64,000 bases of DNA, from the NCBI RefSeq assembly GCF_000150275.1, contig NW_002060956.1, positions 525,379 to 589,378 on the forward strand, read 5' to 3'. The stretch is from Trichoplax adhaerens. Its lineage: Eukaryota > Animalia > Placozoa. Every line of letters begins with the position of its first letter. Within the stretch, counting starts at the first letter, position 1. A model generated the notes under the pieces. It had not been told where the DNA came from, ran no database searches, and saw nothing but the letters and a program-made list of their open reading frames with translations. The position numbers and the translations under genes were made by a program. Positions 63,050 to 64,000 of the stretch are shown here, in pieces.

Positions 63050-64000
63050 GTTTATGGTTGTTGTTCTAAAACGTCCTTGATTTTAGCTAATACCAACAAG
63101 TCAAAGAGGAAAAGTTTTGATCTTGATTCAGCTTTTATACCGTTCGAATCAGATAGATAGCATCTGTTAGAATTGACTATCTGAAGATTTATCAACCAAT
63201 CAGGACTGAAATAGAATTAATTGATTGTTTTGATTATTTATTATTATTTTTCATCTAGATGCATTATTGTTTTTTCTACGCCTAGTTTATAGATTGTATC
63301 ATAACATATTAATACTAATGGTGTCTAATCAACACCTAGCAACTAAAAGAGTCAGTAATTACAATTCTCATCCCATATCCGATCATTGAATAAAGTTACA
63401 GCGTCATGGTTTACCTTATGACATGATATTTTGCTGATTGAGAGACAATAATCATCAACATAACCTCAATCGTCATTACTGTAAGGTCATATCTAGTATT
63501 TATGTCATATGGAATAATATTAGGGAAAGAAAAGTAGTTCTATATGCTTACTCAGCAAATTATGCTGCAAGTTCTTCTACTACTTTATTTCGCAAAAAAG
63601 AAGTTTTAGCCATAGGCTTCGGGGTAGAAATAATGAATGAAAGAAATTTTAAATACAAGACCAGCCGTTAATACTAATAGTATTGGACGTTATTCAACAC
63701 ATTAGATCACGTATGTGATAAAATTCATTCAATTTTTACATTTGCAAACATGTAAGTATTTATCCTTATAAGTCTTTGTCTTCAAATCATTTATTATTAG
63801 GTTGGCATATAGTGATGACGTGAACAGTATATGTATTGATGATCAACTGGTTTCAGTCTTGTAATAATAAAAGGTCAAGTTATTGACAGTGAATAATTAG
63901 AAAAAATGCATTATCATCCATTATATTATGCATAATAACTGATGGACTTAGGTAGCTAGTGAAACAAGCTATCATTAATTTTGAATACAATTACTGTAGT

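Noticed and set aside
1-64000. tRNA, rRNA, U12-type introns, transposase or reverse transcriptase ORFs
   Set aside because: None recognised by eye; tRNAscan-SE and Infernal were not run, so small RNAs cannot be fully excluded.

Overview
AT-rich, gene-dense eukaryotic DNA with short GT-AG introns and metazoan genes. The style suggests a placozoan such as Trichoplax, but that is inference. In order: a kinesin-3/KIF28P-like gene (-, runs off the left edge); three dispersed paralogues of an unannotated family with single coding exons (beta-rich domain with FIDG motif plus two predicted TM helices); a small RBIS/C8orf59-like gene (+); AP1G1 (-); a 3-copy ~245-bp structured repeat between head-to-head genes; MCUR1/CCDC90-like (+); a SOWAH-family ankyrin gene (-); a DYDC/Dpy-30 gene (+) with an RFX X-box; and a tandem sigma-class GST cluster (4 intact genes, 1 pseudo-exon) that also holds a decayed copy of two MCUR1 exons. 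The most striking signal is in the SOWAH gene. Four single-codon (3-nt) microexons in two consecutive pairs (G|Y and N|G) supply exactly the residues missing from the ankyrin repeats, and further 6-9-nt microexon candidates lie in the same gene. All gene models were read by eye; no searches were run.
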